A DNA stretch of 64,000 nucleotides, from assembly GCA_015206785.1 (NCBI GenBank), contig JADEZQ010000011.1, positions 543-64,542 of the forward strand, written 5' to 3'. The number at the start of each line of letters is the position of its first letter. Positions within the stretch are counted from its first letter, which is position 1. Both the position numbers and the translations under genes were made by a program. The notes under the pieces are model-generated. The model saw nothing but the letters and a program-made list of their open reading frames with translations. It was not told where the DNA came from and did no database searches. Of this stretch, positions 63,987 through 64,000 are shown piece by piece. This DNA is from Quinella sp. 2Q5 (lineage in GTDB: Bacteria; Bacillota; Negativicutes; Selenomonadales; Selenomonadaceae).

Positions 63987-64000
63987 GTGAACACCTCAAT

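Noticed and set aside
1-64000. Prophage, integrative element, transposon, toxin-antitoxin or known defence system (restriction-modification, CRISPR, Abi, retron, CBASS).
   Set aside because: I saw no integrase, transposase, recombinase, reverse transcriptase, nuclease-helicase pair, methyltransferase-endonuclease pair or phage structural gene. Gene content is housekeeping and envelope. The interspersed repeat has no adjacent RT, so a retron ncRNA is unlikely.

Overview
GC-rich (high-50s % by eye) bacterial chromosomal segment, densely coded, with about 60 genes, mostly housekeeping and cell-envelope functions. I saw no rRNA, tRNA, CRISPR array, transposase or integrase.

Gene content:
- Housekeeping: rsmI-metG, ispG, a proB/proA/nadD/yqeK/rsfS block, rnc, a trpD-trpC-trpF~trpB operon, and rseP-dxr-cdsA.
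- Propionate (succinate-pathway) operon: succinate CoA-transferase, methylmalonyl-CoA epimerase, carboxyltransferase and biotin carrier.
- hisZ-HD-scfB-trmK: a chain of four overlapping genes that includes a SCIFF-type radical-SAM maturase.
- Teichoic-acid-like polyol-phosphate locus: TagF-like, two LicD, CDP-ribitol-type and CDP-glycerol cytidylyltransferases.
- Glycan genes: a WaaL-type ligase, several glycosyltransferases, and a GH13-GH77 fusion.
- Purine salvage: NCS2 permease and adenine deaminase.

The mix of Firmicute-type genes (SCIFF maturase, LCP, LicD, yqeK) with a WaaL-type ligase and methylmalonyl-CoA chemistry suggests a Negativicutes-like anaerobe. That is inference only.

Most unusual signals, in order:
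1. The palindrome AAAATTTT (usually A4-6T4-6 flanked by G/C) occurs about 75-80 times by my manual scan, where roughly 0.2 would be expected. It sits in all three reading frames and in promoters. I found no TTTTAAAA.
2. A roughly 150-nt interspersed repeat with three stem-loops is present in three full copies plus one remnant. One stem shows a compensatory base change between copies.
3. The remnant copy forms the in-frame linker that fuses trpF to trpB.
4. A 116-bp tandem duplication of the rnc translation start creates two chained 39-codon upstream ORFs.
5. A translationally coupled four-gene operon (33552-37498) encodes only signal-peptide proteins with no recognisable enzymatic motif. This is my best candidate for an undescribed envelope system.

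All product calls rest on motif recognition by eye. No database search was possible.
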